Part shown: positions 40,119 to 50,045 of the stretch, piece by piece
Numbering within the stretch: position 1 is the first letter of the stretch
How the letters are laid out: every line of letters begins with the position of its first letter
NCBI GenBank assembly: GCA_003153475.1
Contig: PLYT01000045.1
Location: 16,126-80,125, forward strand
Source of the DNA: Betaproteobacteria bacterium
GTDB lineage: Bacteria; Pseudomonadota; Gammaproteobacteria; Burkholderiales; Casimicrobiaceae
Length of the DNA: 64,000 nucleotides
Direction: 5' to 3'
Notes under the pieces: model-generated
The model's input: the letters and a program-made list of their open reading frames with translations, nothing else
What the model was told of the DNA's origin: nothing
Database searches by the model: none
Made by a program: the position numbers and the translations under genes

Positions 40119-41305
40119 TAACGCTATTCGTTGCTTCGCTCTCCTGCATCATCTGGGGCTACCTGCTAGCGGCGCGCGGTGGCTTTTGGCTTGTGAAGCA
40201 GGGCGACGATGCGCTTCAGGCGACGGCCGCGCAAGACGTCCAATGGCCGGGCGTCGTCGCTGTCATACCAGCACGGGACGAAGCCACCGTCATCGGTGAG
40301 ACGATCGCATCGCTGCTGCGCCAGGAGTATCGCGGGACATTGACCTTGATTGTCGTCGACGACCACAGCAGCGATGACACCGAAGTCGTGGTTCGCCGTG
40401 CGGTCGCAACGGGAGGCGCGTCCGACCGGGTCACGGTGCTTGCGGCGCCGAATCTTCCCGATGGATGGACCGGCAAGCTCTGGGCGGTGCATCACGGTGC
40501 CAGTCATGTGCAGGCTTTGCCCGACCCGCCAGACTATCTATTGTTTACCGACGCCGATATCCAATATGCTGACGACACGCTGACGGAACTGGTCCGACGC
40601 GCCGAACGCGACGGTCTCGTGCTAGTGTCTCTGATGCCGCGGCTTCGTTGCCAGACCTTTGCCGAACGGGCGCTGATTCCGGCGTTCATCTTTTTTTTCC
40701 GGATGCTGTATCCGTTCGCGTGGGTCAATCGCCCCGGTTGGGCCACGGCGGCGGCCGCCGGCGGGTGCATGTTGGTGCAGCGCCGAGCGCTGCAGACCGC
40801 CGGCGGCATCGCGATGATTCGCGGCCAGATCATCGACGACTGTGCGTTGGCACGATTGCTCAAGGGCCACGGACCAATCTGGCTTGGGATGACCCAGCGC
40901 GTGTGCAGCGTCCGTGCCAATGCATCGCTTACTGAGATCCGGCGCATGGTCGTGCGGTCCGCCTACGCTCAACTCGCGTTCTCACCGTGGTGGCTTGCGG
41001 CTGCAACCTTGGGCATGATCATTACGTTTCTGGCACCGCCCGCATTGGCTTTGCTTGGAACCGGGAGCTCCCGACTGCTGGGATCGCTCGCCTGGGCGAT
41101 CATGGCGCTGGCTTTTCAACCGACGCTGCGGTTCTACGCTGTGTCCCTGTTGTGGGGGCTGGCCTTACCGGCGATTGCGGCGATGTATGTCGTGTTTACG
41201 CTGGACTCGGCGTACCAGCATTGGCGTGGAAGGGGTGGCGAATGGAAAGGGCGCATCTATCGCAGGGCCTCGTCGTACGAGGCTTCCTCCCGGCCCCGTC
41301 GTTAA
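40115..41305 (+). CDS. hpnB: hopene-associated glycosyltransferase HpnB (GT2)
   Basis: VAVIPARDEA...LIVVDDHSSDDT...LFTDADI...GGCMLVQRRAL, with C-terminal TM helices. The GTG start overlaps the hpnA stop (GTGA). Confidence 0.85.
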   Translation: MITLFVASLSCIIWGYLLAARGGFWLVKQGDDALQATAAQDVQWPGVVAVIPARDEATVIGETIASLLRQEYRGTLTLIVVDDHSSDDTEVVVRRAVATGGASDRVTVLAAPNLPDGWTGKLWAVHHGASHVQALPDPPDYLLFTDADIQYADDTLTELVRRAERDGLVLVSLMPRLRCQTFAERALIPAFIFFFRMLYPFAWVNRPGWATAAAAGGCMLVQRRALQTAGGIAMIRGQIIDDCALARLLKGHGPIWLGMTQRVCSVRANASLTEIRRMVVRSAYAQLAFSPWWLAAATLGMIITFLAPPALALLGTGSSRLLGSLAWAIMALAFQPTLRFYAVSLLWGLALPAIAAMYVVFTLDSAYQHWRGRGGEWKGRIYRRASSYEASSRPRR

Positions 41306-41315
41306 GCGGCCGCAC

Positions 41316-42176
41316 ATGGGAATGGAAACTACTCGATCCGCCGATACGGAACCCGCGGTTTCCGGCAGTTCCTTTTACGCCGCGCTGCGCCTCCTTCCGC
41401 CCGAGCAGCGTCAGGCCATGTTCGAAATCTATGCGTTTTGCCGCGCGGTCGATGATGTGGCCGACGGCCGCGGGGACCGGCAACGGCGCCTTGCCGAGCT
41501 CGCGGCATGGCGCGTGGATATCGATGCGCTGTTTGCAAAAGTGCCGCCAAGCCGTGTTCGACCACTGGCGGGGCCGATTCGCGCGTTTGACCTGCAACGC
41601 GAGGACTTTCTCTCGATTATCGACGGCATGGAAATGGACGTGCGGTCCGACATCCGCGCCCCGGCGCTGGACACATTGGACTTGTATTGCGATCGAGTAG
41701 CGTGCGCGGTGGGGCGCCTTTCGGTCCGGGTGTTCGGCATACACGGACAGGACGGGCCAGCGCTCGCCTCCCATCTGGGGCGAGCACTGCAACTTACGAA
41801 CATCCTGCGCGATCTAGACGAGGATGCCGGGAAGGGGCGACTTTACCTTCCGCGCGAAGCGCTTCTTGTCGCGGGGATCGGCCAGACCGACCCTATAACG
41901 GTTCTCGACCACCCGGCGTTGAGCAGGGCCTGCGCCGTCGTTCTAGAGCGTGCCCACAGCAACTTTGCCGAAGCGGACCTGCTTATGGCGAAGTACCCTT
42001 CAAGCATCGTGCGCGCGCCGCGGCTGATGGCGAAGGTCTATCAGAATATACTTGAGCGCCTGGCCGCGCGCGGATGGGCGCCGCCACGCCGCCCGGTCGG
42101 GGCGGGGCGAGTCACGCTGCTGTGGATCGCGCTGCGATACGGACTGCTCGATTTGAACTTCCGCGGGGGAACGTGA
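41316..42176 (+). CDS. hpnD: presqualene diphosphate synthase HpnD (squalene/phytoene synthase family)
   Basis: SGSSFYAALRLLPPEQRQAMFEIYAFCRAVDDVADG (first DxxxD box) and LQLTNILRDLDEDAGKGRLYLP (second box). The N-terminal SSFYxAxRxLP pattern is what I recall for HpnD. HpnC would show ENFPV instead. Confidence 0.75.
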   Translation: MGMETTRSADTEPAVSGSSFYAALRLLPPEQRQAMFEIYAFCRAVDDVADGRGDRQRRLAELAAWRVDIDALFAKVPPSRVRPLAGPIRAFDLQREDFLSIIDGMEMDVRSDIRAPALDTLDLYCDRVACAVGRLSVRVFGIHGQDGPALASHLGRALQLTNILRDLDEDAGKGRLYLPREALLVAGIGQTDPITVLDHPALSRACAVVLERAHSNFAEADLLMAKYPSSIVRAPRLMAKVYQNILERLAARGWAPPRRPVGAGRVTLLWIALRYGLLDLNFRGGT

Positions 42177-42182
42177 TCACTT

Positions 42183-44192
42183 ATGCAGTCTTCACCGCCT
42201 GAGGCGTACCTTATGCCGGGCCCCGAGGGCGTCGTGCGCGTAGTCAGCAGCGACTCTGGGGAGACAAGGCTCGAGCGCTGCGTCGAGGTGGCGATGGCCG
42301 CCCTGTTGAAGCAGCAGCGTCCGGACGGTCATTGGGTCTTCGAGCTGGAAGCCGACGCCACAATTGCAGCAGAATACGTCGTCTTGCAGCATTTCCTGGG
42401 CGAATTCAATCCCGCACTGGAAGCCAAGATCGCGATCTATCTGCGGCGGTTGCAGGGCTCGCACGGCGGGTGGTCCTTGTTTCAGGGCGGCGCATTCAAT
42501 ATCAGTGCAACCGTCAAGGCATATTTCGCCCTCAAGCTCATCGGCGATGCGCCCGAATCCAAGCATATGCGCCAGGCGCGCGAGGCAATCCTCGCCTATG
42601 GCGGCGCCGGCACGACCAACGTCTTCACGCGCATCCTGTTAGCGCTTTTTGGCGTGGTTTCCTGGGCGGCGGTGCCGATCATACCGGTCGAGATTGTGTT
42701 CCTGCCGCGGTGGTTTCCGTTCCACCTTTCGCGAGTCTCCTATTGGAGCCGGACCGTTCTAGTGCCGCTACTGGTCGTGCAAGCTCTAAAGCCGAGGGCG
42801 CGCAATCCGCGCGGCGTAGGCATCGACGAGCTTTTTCCGGCCCAGCGCCCTCGCGCGCGGCGGTGGGCGAGGGCGCCTCATCAATCGCGCGCGCGCTTCG
42901 TTGTCTTCGCCGCCATCGACGCGGTTTTGCGGGTGTTCGAGCCCTTGATCCCGCAAGCGATTCGCCGGCGCGCAATCGAAAAAGCGGTCGCGTTTGTGAC
43001 CGAACGACTCAATGGCGAAGACGGCCTCGGCGCGATCTTTCCGGCCATGGCGAATACGGCCATGATGTTCGACGCCCTGGGCTATGCACGTGACCACCCA
43101 CACTTCGTCGTCGCCCGCAAGGCGATCGACAAGCTACTCGTCGTTACCCGCGAGGAAGCGTATTGTCAGCCATGCGTATCGCCGGTCTGGGACACCGTTC
43201 TCGTGTGCCAATCCTTGCTGGAGGTCGGCGGAGCCGAGGCGCACATGGGCGCTCGTCGCGGCTTGTTATGGCTTGAAACGAAGCAGGTGCTCGACACCGT
43301 TGGCGATTGGGCGGACCAGCGGCCGCTCGTTCGTCCGGGCGGCTGGGCGTTTCAATACGCGAACCCCTACTATCCCGATCTCGACGACACGGCCGTTGTC
43401 GTGATGGCGATGGAGCGCTTCGCCCGTCACCGAGTGCCGCGCAACGATCCGGACTTCCGTGAAGCCATCAGCCGCGGGCGCGAATGGGTCCTGGGTTTGC
43501 AGAGCGCCAACGGCGGTTGGGGCGCTTTCGACGTGGACAACACCAGCGAATATTTGAATCACATACCGTTCGCCGATCATGGTGCACTCCTGGATCCCCC
43601 GACCGCCGACGTCACCGCGCGTTGCGTCAGCATGATCGCCCAGCTCGGCAACGCAGCGGACGATCCGGTGCTGACGAAAGCGCTCGCGTTCCTGCGGCGG
43701 AACCAGGAAGACGACGGCAGCTGGTACGGACGCTGGGGAATGAATTACATCTATGGGACCTGGTCGGTGCTGTGTGCCTTGAACGCGGCCGGAGTGAGCT
43801 CCGGTGCGCCGGAGGTCCGACGCGCCACCACGTGGCTGATTGCAGCGCAGAACGACGATGGGGGCTGGGGCGAAACAGGCGATAGTTACGCACTCAACCG
43901 CCGGGGCTGTGAACGGGCGCCCAGCAATGCTTCGCAGACGGCTTGGGCCATCCTGGGATTGATGACGGCAGACGAGGTGCACAATCCCGCCGTCGAGCAT
44001 GGGGTCGAGTACCTGTTGCAACGTCAGGGCGCGCAGGGATTCTGGCCCGAGCCGCAATTCACTGCGACTGGTTTCCCGAGGGTGTTCTATCTGCGCTATC
44101 ACGGTTATGCAAAGTTTTTCCCGCTATGGGCGCTCGCCCGCTACCGCAATCTCACACAGTCCGGCGAGCGCCACGTACGTTTCGGCATGTGA
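42183..44192 (+). CDS. shc: squalene-hopene cyclase
   Basis: 669 aa with repeated QW motifs (for example QRPDGHW, QNDDGGWGE, QEDDGSWYGRWG) and the catalytic DxDDTA motif (YPDLDDTAVVVMAM). Confidence 0.95.
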   Translation: MQSSPPEAYLMPGPEGVVRVVSSDSGETRLERCVEVAMAALLKQQRPDGHWVFELEADATIAAEYVVLQHFLGEFNPALEAKIAIYLRRLQGSHGGWSLFQGGAFNISATVKAYFALKLIGDAPESKHMRQAREAILAYGGAGTTNVFTRILLALFGVVSWAAVPIIPVEIVFLPRWFPFHLSRVSYWSRTVLVPLLVVQALKPRARNPRGVGIDELFPAQRPRARRWARAPHQSRARFVVFAAIDAVLRVFEPLIPQAIRRRAIEKAVAFVTERLNGEDGLGAIFPAMANTAMMFDALGYARDHPHFVVARKAIDKLLVVTREEAYCQPCVSPVWDTVLVCQSLLEVGGAEAHMGARRGLLWLETKQVLDTVGDWADQRPLVRPGGWAFQYANPYYPDLDDTAVVVMAMERFARHRVPRNDPDFREAISRGREWVLGLQSANGGWGAFDVDNTSEYLNHIPFADHGALLDPPTADVTARCVSMIAQLGNAADDPVLTKALAFLRRNQEDDGSWYGRWGMNYIYGTWSVLCALNAAGVSSGAPEVRRATTWLIAAQNDDGGWGETGDSYALNRRGCERAPSNASQTAWAILGLMTADEVHNPAVEHGVEYLLQRQGAQGFWPEPQFTATGFPRVFYLRYHGYAKFFPLWALARYRNLTQSGERHVRFGM

Positions 44193-44199
44193 GCGGCAG

Positions 44200-44892
44200 T
44201 TGCGGACGATCATCGCGGTAACCGGCCTTGCCAAGGAAGCGCGCATCGCCTCGGGACCGGGTATTTGCACGATTGCCAGTGGAGGCAGGCCACTAACGCT
44301 TGTCGCCGCCCTTGAGCGCGAACTCGCGCGCGGGGCGGCCGCGGTCATCAGTTTCGGCATCGCGGGTGGTCTCGCGGACGAAATCGCCAGCGGAACCTGG
44401 CTTGTCGCTCGCACCATCGTTACGCCGATGGAGCGTTGGCCTTGCGACGCAACATGGGCGCGCATCCTTGCCGAGCGACTTCCTGGAGCATGGACAGTAG
44501 ATCTCGCCGGCGTCGATGCGCCCGTCACCGAGTCCGCCGGCAAACGCGCCTTGCGCCACGCGACAGGTGCGGCTGCAGTTGACACCGAATCGCATATTGC
44601 AGCAGCAATCGCAGCGGCGTACGGCCTACCGTTCGCGGCTTTCCGCGTCGTCGCCGATGGCGCACGGCGAAGTCTTCCGCCGGCCGCTACGGTCGCACTG
44701 GCGCCTGACGGAACAGTAAGGGGTGACGCCGTACTGGGCTCGCTAGCACGTAGCCCCGCCCAACTCTCTTCGCTGCTTCGCACAGCAGTCGATGCGCGCA
44801 CGGCTTTCCGCGCACTCTTACGCGGCCGTCGACTCCTTGGCTCCCGTCTTGCCTGTCCGGATCTCGTCGAGTTTCTGTTCGACGTGTCGTGA
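44200..44892 (+). CDS. hpnG: hopanoid-associated phosphorylase/nucleosidase HpnG (PNP/UDP family)
   Basis: IIAVTGLAKEARIA...VISFGIAGGL...AVDTESHIAA is the MTA/SAH-nucleosidase-like fold. A TTG start at 44200 is assumed; no ATG is available. Lies directly downstream of shc. Confidence 0.75.
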   Translation: MRTIIAVTGLAKEARIASGPGICTIASGGRPLTLVAALERELARGAAAVISFGIAGGLADEIASGTWLVARTIVTPMERWPCDATWARILAERLPGAWTVDLAGVDAPVTESAGKRALRHATGAAAVDTESHIAAAIAAAYGLPFAAFRVVADGARRSLPPAATVALAPDGTVRGDAVLGSLARSPAQLSSLLRTAVDARTAFRALLRGRRLLGSRLACPDLVEFLFDVS

Positions 44893-45963
44893 GAATACGT
44901 ACTGCGCCGGCCGCTGGCGTTCCAGTGGAATCTCCTTCGCCATCGCTCCATCTGTACGCACGCCGCGCAGGCTTACGGAGAGCGCCTTGAATGGATGGCG
45001 CACCGCATCCTGCACCGCGGTCGCTTCGTAACCGCTGTGCACCATGCAATCGGCACACTTCTCGTAGTTGCCTGTTCCGTACCGGTCCCAGTCAGTTTCT
45101 TCCATCAACTCGCGAAACGTCTGCGCGTAGCCTTCTCCGAGCAGATAACACGGACGCTGCCAGCCGAAAACATTGCGGGTCGGGTTGCCCCAGGGCGTGC
45201 AGCGATACTCCTGATTGCCGGCCAGGAAGTCGAGGAACAGGCTCGACTGGCTGAACGACCACGCGCGCGCGCCGCGGCCCCGCCGGAAGATGTCGCGGAA
45301 AAGCTGCTTGGTACGCTCGCGCGTGAGAAAGTGTGCCTGATCCGGTGCGCGCTCGTACGCGTAACCGGGGGATACCGTGATGCCATCGATGCCGAGCGCA
45401 CTCGCATTGTCGAAAAAGCGCGCGGCGCGCTCGGGATCCGCATCGTTGAACAGCGTGCAATTGATGTTGACGCGAAAGCCGCGCGTCTTGGCAGCTCGAA
45501 TCGCCGCCACAGCGCGTTCGTACACGCCATCTTCACACACAGAGCGGTCATGCATCTCGCGGTCACCGTCCAGATGCACCGACCAGACAAAATACGGACT
45601 CGGACGAAACAAGCCGAGCCTTTTCTGGAGCAGCAGCGCATTCGTGCAGAGGTAGACGAACTTGCGCCGAGCCACGATGCCGGCGACGATGGCGTCGATC
45701 TCCTTGTGCAGCAAAGGTTCTCCGCCGGCGATCGAAACCACCGGGGCACCGCATTCATCGACGGCGGCGAGGCATTGCTCGACCGACAGGCGTTGATTCA
45801 GGATCTCGTCGGGATAATCGATCTTGCCGCAACCTGCGCAGGCCAGGTTGCAGCGGAAAAGTGGCTCGAGCATGAGCACTAGCGGATAGCGTCGGCGCCG
45901 TGCCAATTGCTGGCGCACGATGTATGCGCCGATGCGCGCCTTCTGCTGGAGGGGGATAGCCAT
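44818..45963 (-). CDS. hpnH: adenosyl-hopene transferase HpnH (radical SAM)
   Basis: MLEPLFRCNLACAGCGKIDYP (CxxxCxxC), SIAGGEPLL, and the C-terminal WQRPCYLL...KCADCMVHSGYE. Confidence 0.92.
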   Translation of the reverse strand: MAIPLQQKARIGAYIVRQQLARRRRYPLVLMLEPLFRCNLACAGCGKIDYPDEILNQRLSVEQCLAAVDECGAPVVSIAGGEPLLHKEIDAIVAGIVARRKFVYLCTNALLLQKRLGLFRPSPYFVWSVHLDGDREMHDRSVCEDGVYERAVAAIRAAKTRGFRVNINCTLFNDADPERAARFFDNASALGIDGITVSPGYAYERAPDQAHFLTRERTKQLFRDIFRRGRGARAWSFSQSSLFLDFLAGNQEYRCTPWGNPTRNVFGWQRPCYLLGEGYAQTFRELMEETDWDRYGTGNYEKCADCMVHSGYEATAVQDAVRHPFKALSVSLRGVRTDGAMAKEIPLERQRPAQYVFSRHVEQKLDEIRTGKTGAKESTAA

Positions 45964-45990
45964 GTTCTCTGTGCGGACGACCGCGCCCGA

Positions 45991-46941
45991 TCAGGACGCG
46001 CGCTCGGTTGGCCGCCGCGCGCGCAGCAATTCGGCGGGAAGCCGGAATTCGACGTTTTCCTCGATCCCAGGAAGCGTCGACAATTCGACCGGTCCGAGAC
46101 GGCGCAGCGCGGCGACAACATCGTCGACCAGCTCTTCGGGCGCCGAAGCGCCGGCAGTGATTCCGACCACAGCGGCGGACCGGACCCATGTGGCGTCTAA
46201 CTCAGCGCCGTCGGCGATCAGATAGCTCGGTACACCCGCTTCGACGCCTATCTCGCGCAGGCGATTCGAATTCGAGCTATTCGTGGCGCCGACTACCAGA
46301 ATAACGTCGGCGAGCTTGGCCAGCGTGCGCACTGCCGACTGCCGGTTCTGGGTTGCGTAGCAGATATCATTGATATCCGGTCCGACGATATCGATAAATC
46401 GCCGCTTCAGAGCGACGATGATCGCTCTCGTATCGTCCACACTGAGGGTCGTTTGCGTAATGTACGCGACGGGGGTGTCGGCAGACAGATCCAGGGCATC
46501 GACCTCGTGCTCGGTCTGCACCAGCAATACCGGTCCCGGTACCTGGCCCATCGTACCCTCGACCTCCGGATGGCCCGCGTGACCGATCAGAATCACCACG
46601 CGACCGTGCGCCACGTAGTGCTTGCCCTGGCCATGGACCTTGGCCACGAGCGGACACGTGGCATCCAGAACGCGCAGCCCGCGCGTCCTCGCATCCTCCT
46701 CCACGAGTCGGGCGACGCCATGCGCACTGAAAATAGTGATCGCTCCGGCCGGTACTTCCGAGAGGTCCTCGACGAAATGTGCGCCTTTTGCGCGCAGGGT
46801 TTCGACGACATGTCGGTTGTGAACGATTTCGTGCCGCACATAGACCGGCGCGCCGAACTGCTCGAGCGCCTGCTCGACGATGTCGATGGCCCGGATCACG
46901 CCGGCGCAAAAGCCACGCGGCTGGGCGAGCATCACGCGCAC
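45991..46941 (-). CDS. ispH: 4-hydroxy-3-methylbut-2-enyl diphosphate reductase (cluster-linked IspH/LytB copy)
   Basis: [18 protein letters not shown]...[10 protein letters not shown]...DATCPLV.KVH...[10 protein letters not shown]...TQTTLS...ICYATQNRQ...[13 protein letters not shown]. The start is ambiguous (GTG 46941, GTG 46935 or ATG 46932). Confidence 0.9.
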   Translation of the reverse strand: MRVMLAQPRGFCAGVIRAIDIVEQALEQFGAPVYVRHEIVHNRHVVETLRAKGAHFVEDLSEVPAGAITIFSAHGVARLVEEDARTRGLRVLDATCPLVAKVHGQGKHYVAHGRVVILIGHAGHPEVEGTMGQVPGPVLLVQTEHEVDALDLSADTPVAYITQTTLSVDDTRAIIVALKRRFIDIVGPDINDICYATQNRQSAVRTLAKLADVILVVGATNSSNSNRLREIGVEAGVPSYLIADGAELDATWVRSAAVVGITAGASAPEELVDDVVAALRRLGPVELSTLPGIEENVEFRLPAELLRARRPTERAS

Positions 46942-47141
46942 GACAGAGACCTTGCTCCCGCGTCGAACAATGCAATCGGGTGCATCATCGAATAAACACA
47001 CCGTTGCGCTGCGCTGTCATCCACCCGGTCAATGATCCGCTTTTGCGCTCCGCGGGACAAGTCGATCGGTGAGTCAGGCCCTGGCCCGGCGGACTCCAAT
47101 CGCTGCTCAATTTCGTGGAACTCGCCCGATTCGAGCGCACT

Positions 47142-47177
47142 TATAATGGCGGAGTTCCGCTCCCTGTCAGGATCCTG
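47142..47177 (+). promoter_or_regulatory. TATAAT box followed by a 10-bp perfect palindrome in the ispH/hpnN divergent region
   Basis: TATAAT at 47142-47147 with no convincing -35. CAGGATCCTG at 47168-47177 is flanked by cctgtca half-repeats. About 240 nt upstream of the proposed hpnN start. Confidence 0.25.
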
Positions 47178-47417
47178 TCAATGTCGAGGCGAGCTGCACA
47201 CGCGTGCGCGATTCTTCCGGACTTACTGGCAGGGCCCCTGCGGTGACGCCCGGTATCGCGCGTGCTCGAGGTCGAAGCGACGGAAGAAGAGGAGCATTGG
47301 GCGGGGATGGCTCTCGCCGACCCGCTTTGTGCCCATTGGCCTGTTGCTCCTTGGCTACCGCGAAGCGTGGGTCCGGCGGCCGCCTGGGGCAACGATGACG
47401 CGAACGGCCATCGAGCC

Positions 47418-50006
47418 TTGTCCTCGGTGATCAAGCGAGTGGTGGGGGCCTGCGCGCGCCGCCCCTGGCTCGTGATCGTCGTTGCCGCAGCGCTGTGTGC
47501 CGGTGCGTTCACGTACACCGCGAGTCACTTCGCGATCGATACCAACAGCACCAGACTAATCTCCGAGGATGTTGACTGGCGCAAGCGCGAGCTGACTTTT
47601 GATACCGCCTTTCCGCAACGCGCGGACCTGATTGCGGTCGTCGTCGACGGTGCGACACAGGAGTCGGCCGAGCACGCGACGGCGGCATTGGTGCAGCGCC
47701 TGGCTAGTCAGACGGGGCTCTTCCTTGCCGTGTGGCGCCCCGACGGAGGAGCGTTTTTCGACCGCGCCGGCCTGCTATTCGAATCGACTGCCGACGTCTC
47801 CCAGACGACGCAACGGCTCATCGCGGCGCAGCCTCTGCTCGGGAGCCTTGCCGCGGACCCCAGTGTGCGCGGACTGATGGACGCCCTGGCGCTCCTCATC
47901 AAAGGCGCCCAAGCCAACCCGACGCAATTCGACGAGCTGGCCCAACCGCTCGGTGCGCTTGCGGAGACATTCGACGGCTTGGCGGCAGGGCTGGCTCCGG
48001 CGTTTTCGTGGCAGACGTTGATCACCGGACGCGCGCCCGAGCGGCGCGAGTTGCGTCGCTTCATCCTTGTGCACCCGGTGCTCGACTACAGCGCGCTCCA
48101 GCCCGGCGAGCGCGCCAGCACGGCGATTCGTCAAACCGCACACCAGCTTGGACTCGACGCCGATCCGCTGGTGCGCGTACGGCAGACCGGTCCGGTACCC
48201 CTCGCCGACGAGGAGTTCGCCACGCTTGCCGACGGCGCTGCGCTCAACGCCGCGATCATGCTCATTGCCGTGGTGGCGCTGCTCTGGAGCGCGCTGCGGT
48301 CCTGGCGTCTGATCCTTGCGATCATGCTGACCCTCGGCGCTGGATTGATGATCACGACAGCACTCGGGCTCATCGTGTTCGGTACGCTGAACCTGATATC
48401 GATCGCCTTTGCCGTGCTCTTTGTCGGCCTGGGCGTCGACTTCGGTATCCAGTTCAGCGTGTGCTATCGCGCCAGACGCCACATCAGTGACGATTTGCAT
48501 GTTGCGCTGTGCGACGCCGGTGGCGAGGTCGGAGGCGCGCTGGCGATCGCTGCCGCCTCAATCGCCGCGGGTTTCTACGCATTCCTGCCGACCGAATACC
48601 GCGGCGTGTCCGAATTGGGGGTGATCGCCGGTACCGGCATGATCGTCGCGTTCGTTGCCAGCGTCAGCCTGCTCCCTGCGCTGATCGCGATATTGCGTCC
48701 GCCGGGCGAGCGCTCCGCCGTGGGATATGCCGCGCTCGGTCCGCTCGATCGGTTTCTGATGCGGCACCGCGGCTGGATCCTCGCGACGGCGAGCATTGCC
48801 GTGGCCGGCAGCCTCGTGTTGCTGCCGCGACTGCAATTCGACTTCAATCCGCTGCACCTGCGCAGCGCGAAAGTCGAATCAGTTGCGACGTTGCTCGATC
48901 TGATGCAGGACCCGAACACGACGCCCAACACCATCGACGTTCTGGCATCTTCGGTGACCGCTGCACGCGCGCTGGCGCAGCGACTCGAGCAACTGCCTGA
49001 AGTCGATCACGTCGTTATGCTCGCGAGCTTCGTTCCCGAAGGGCAGGAAGAGAAGCTCGCGCTGATCGAAGACGCGGCGCTGTTGCTGTACCCGGTGCTG
49101 AATCCGGACGAAGCCAAGCCGCCTCCGAGCGACGACGACACGGTGCGCACGATGAAGCGTACGGCGCAGCTGTTCGAGGAGGCCGCGGCCGCTCACCCCG
49201 GAACGGACGCGGCCGCCGTCGCGGCGCGTCTCGGCAAGACGCTGCGGACGCTGGCGCAGGGCGACCCGGCGCAGCGCGAGCGCGTACAGGCGGTGCTGAT
49301 CCCCGGTTTGATTGAGGTGCTCGGTCAACTGCGTACCGCCATGCAAGCCGGGCCGGTGACGCTCGCGAGCTTGCCCGACGACCTCAGGCGGGACTGGGTC
49401 GCGGCTGACGGACGCGCGCGGATCGAGGTATTTCCCAAGGGCGACGCCAACGACAACGACACACTGCGGCGCTTTGTCGCCGCGGTCCGGGCGCTTGCAC
49501 CCGACGCGACAGGCGCTCCAGTTTCGATCCAGGAATCGAGTCGCACGATCGTCGGCGCCTTTCTGCAGGCGGGTTTACTGGCGCTGCTCGCGATTGCGGC
49601 GCTGCTCGCATTCGCCCTGCGTCGGGTGACCGACGTTTTGCTGACGCTGGCGCCGCTCGTTGTGTCGGGTCTCGCCACGCTCGCCATCTGCGTTGCCGTC
49701 GGGCTTCCACTCAATTTCGAGAACATCATTGCGCTCCCGCTCATGTTCGGCATCGGCGTCGCGTTCAATATCTACTTCGTGATGGCATGGCGAGCGGGGA
49801 AGCGGGAGCTACTGACGTCGAGCCTGACGCGCGCCGTGATTTTCAGCGCGCTAACCACGGGGACGGCGTTCGGAAGCCTGTGGCTGTCGCATCATCCAGG
49901 GACGTCGAGCATGGGCAAGCTCCTGGCGTTGTCGCTGGCCTGCACGCTGGTTTCGGCGCTGCTGTTCCTGCCGGCGCTGCTGGGAGATCCGGGGCCACGC
50001 CGCTGA
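47418..50006 (+). CDS. hpnN: hopanoid transporter HpnN (RND/MMPL family)
   Basis: 12 predicted TM segments and two large periplasmic loops. The TTG at 47418 gives M-SSVIKRVVGACARRPWLVIVV, which is colinear with the HpnN N-terminus I recall from Burkholderia. The track start at 47262 and the ATG at 47307 remain possible. Confidence 0.85.
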   Translation: MSSVIKRVVGACARRPWLVIVVAAALCAGAFTYTASHFAIDTNSTRLISEDVDWRKRELTFDTAFPQRADLIAVVVDGATQESAEHATAALVQRLASQTGLFLAVWRPDGGAFFDRAGLLFESTADVSQTTQRLIAAQPLLGSLAADPSVRGLMDALALLIKGAQANPTQFDELAQPLGALAETFDGLAAGLAPAFSWQTLITGRAPERRELRRFILVHPVLDYSALQPGERASTAIRQTAHQLGLDADPLVRVRQTGPVPLADEEFATLADGAALNAAIMLIAVVALLWSALRSWRLILAIMLTLGAGLMITTALGLIVFGTLNLISIAFAVLFVGLGVDFGIQFSVCYRARRHISDDLHVALCDAGGEVGGALAIAAASIAAGFYAFLPTEYRGVSELGVIAGTGMIVAFVASVSLLPALIAILRPPGERSAVGYAALGPLDRFLMRHRGWILATASIAVAGSLVLLPRLQFDFNPLHLRSAKVESVATLLDLMQDPNTTPNTIDVLASSVTAARALAQRLEQLPEVDHVVMLASFVPEGQEEKLALIEDAALLLYPVLNPDEAKPPPSDDDTVRTMKRTAQLFEEAAAAHPGTDAAAVAARLGKTLRTLAQGDPAQRERVQAVLIPGLIEVLGQLRTAMQAGPVTLASLPDDLRRDWVAADGRARIEVFPKGDANDNDTLRRFVAAVRALAPDATGAPVSIQESSRTIVGAFLQAGLLALLAIAALLAFALRRVTDVLLTLAPLVVSGLATLAICVAVGLPLNFENIIALPLMFGIGVAFNIYFVMAWRAGKRELLTSSLTRAVIFSALTTGTAFGSLWLSHHPGTSSMGKLLALSLACTLVSALLFLPALLGDPGPRR

Positions 50007-50045
50007 TCGCTCTCCGGCCACGCCGACGCGCCAGGTTGCGAGCGG

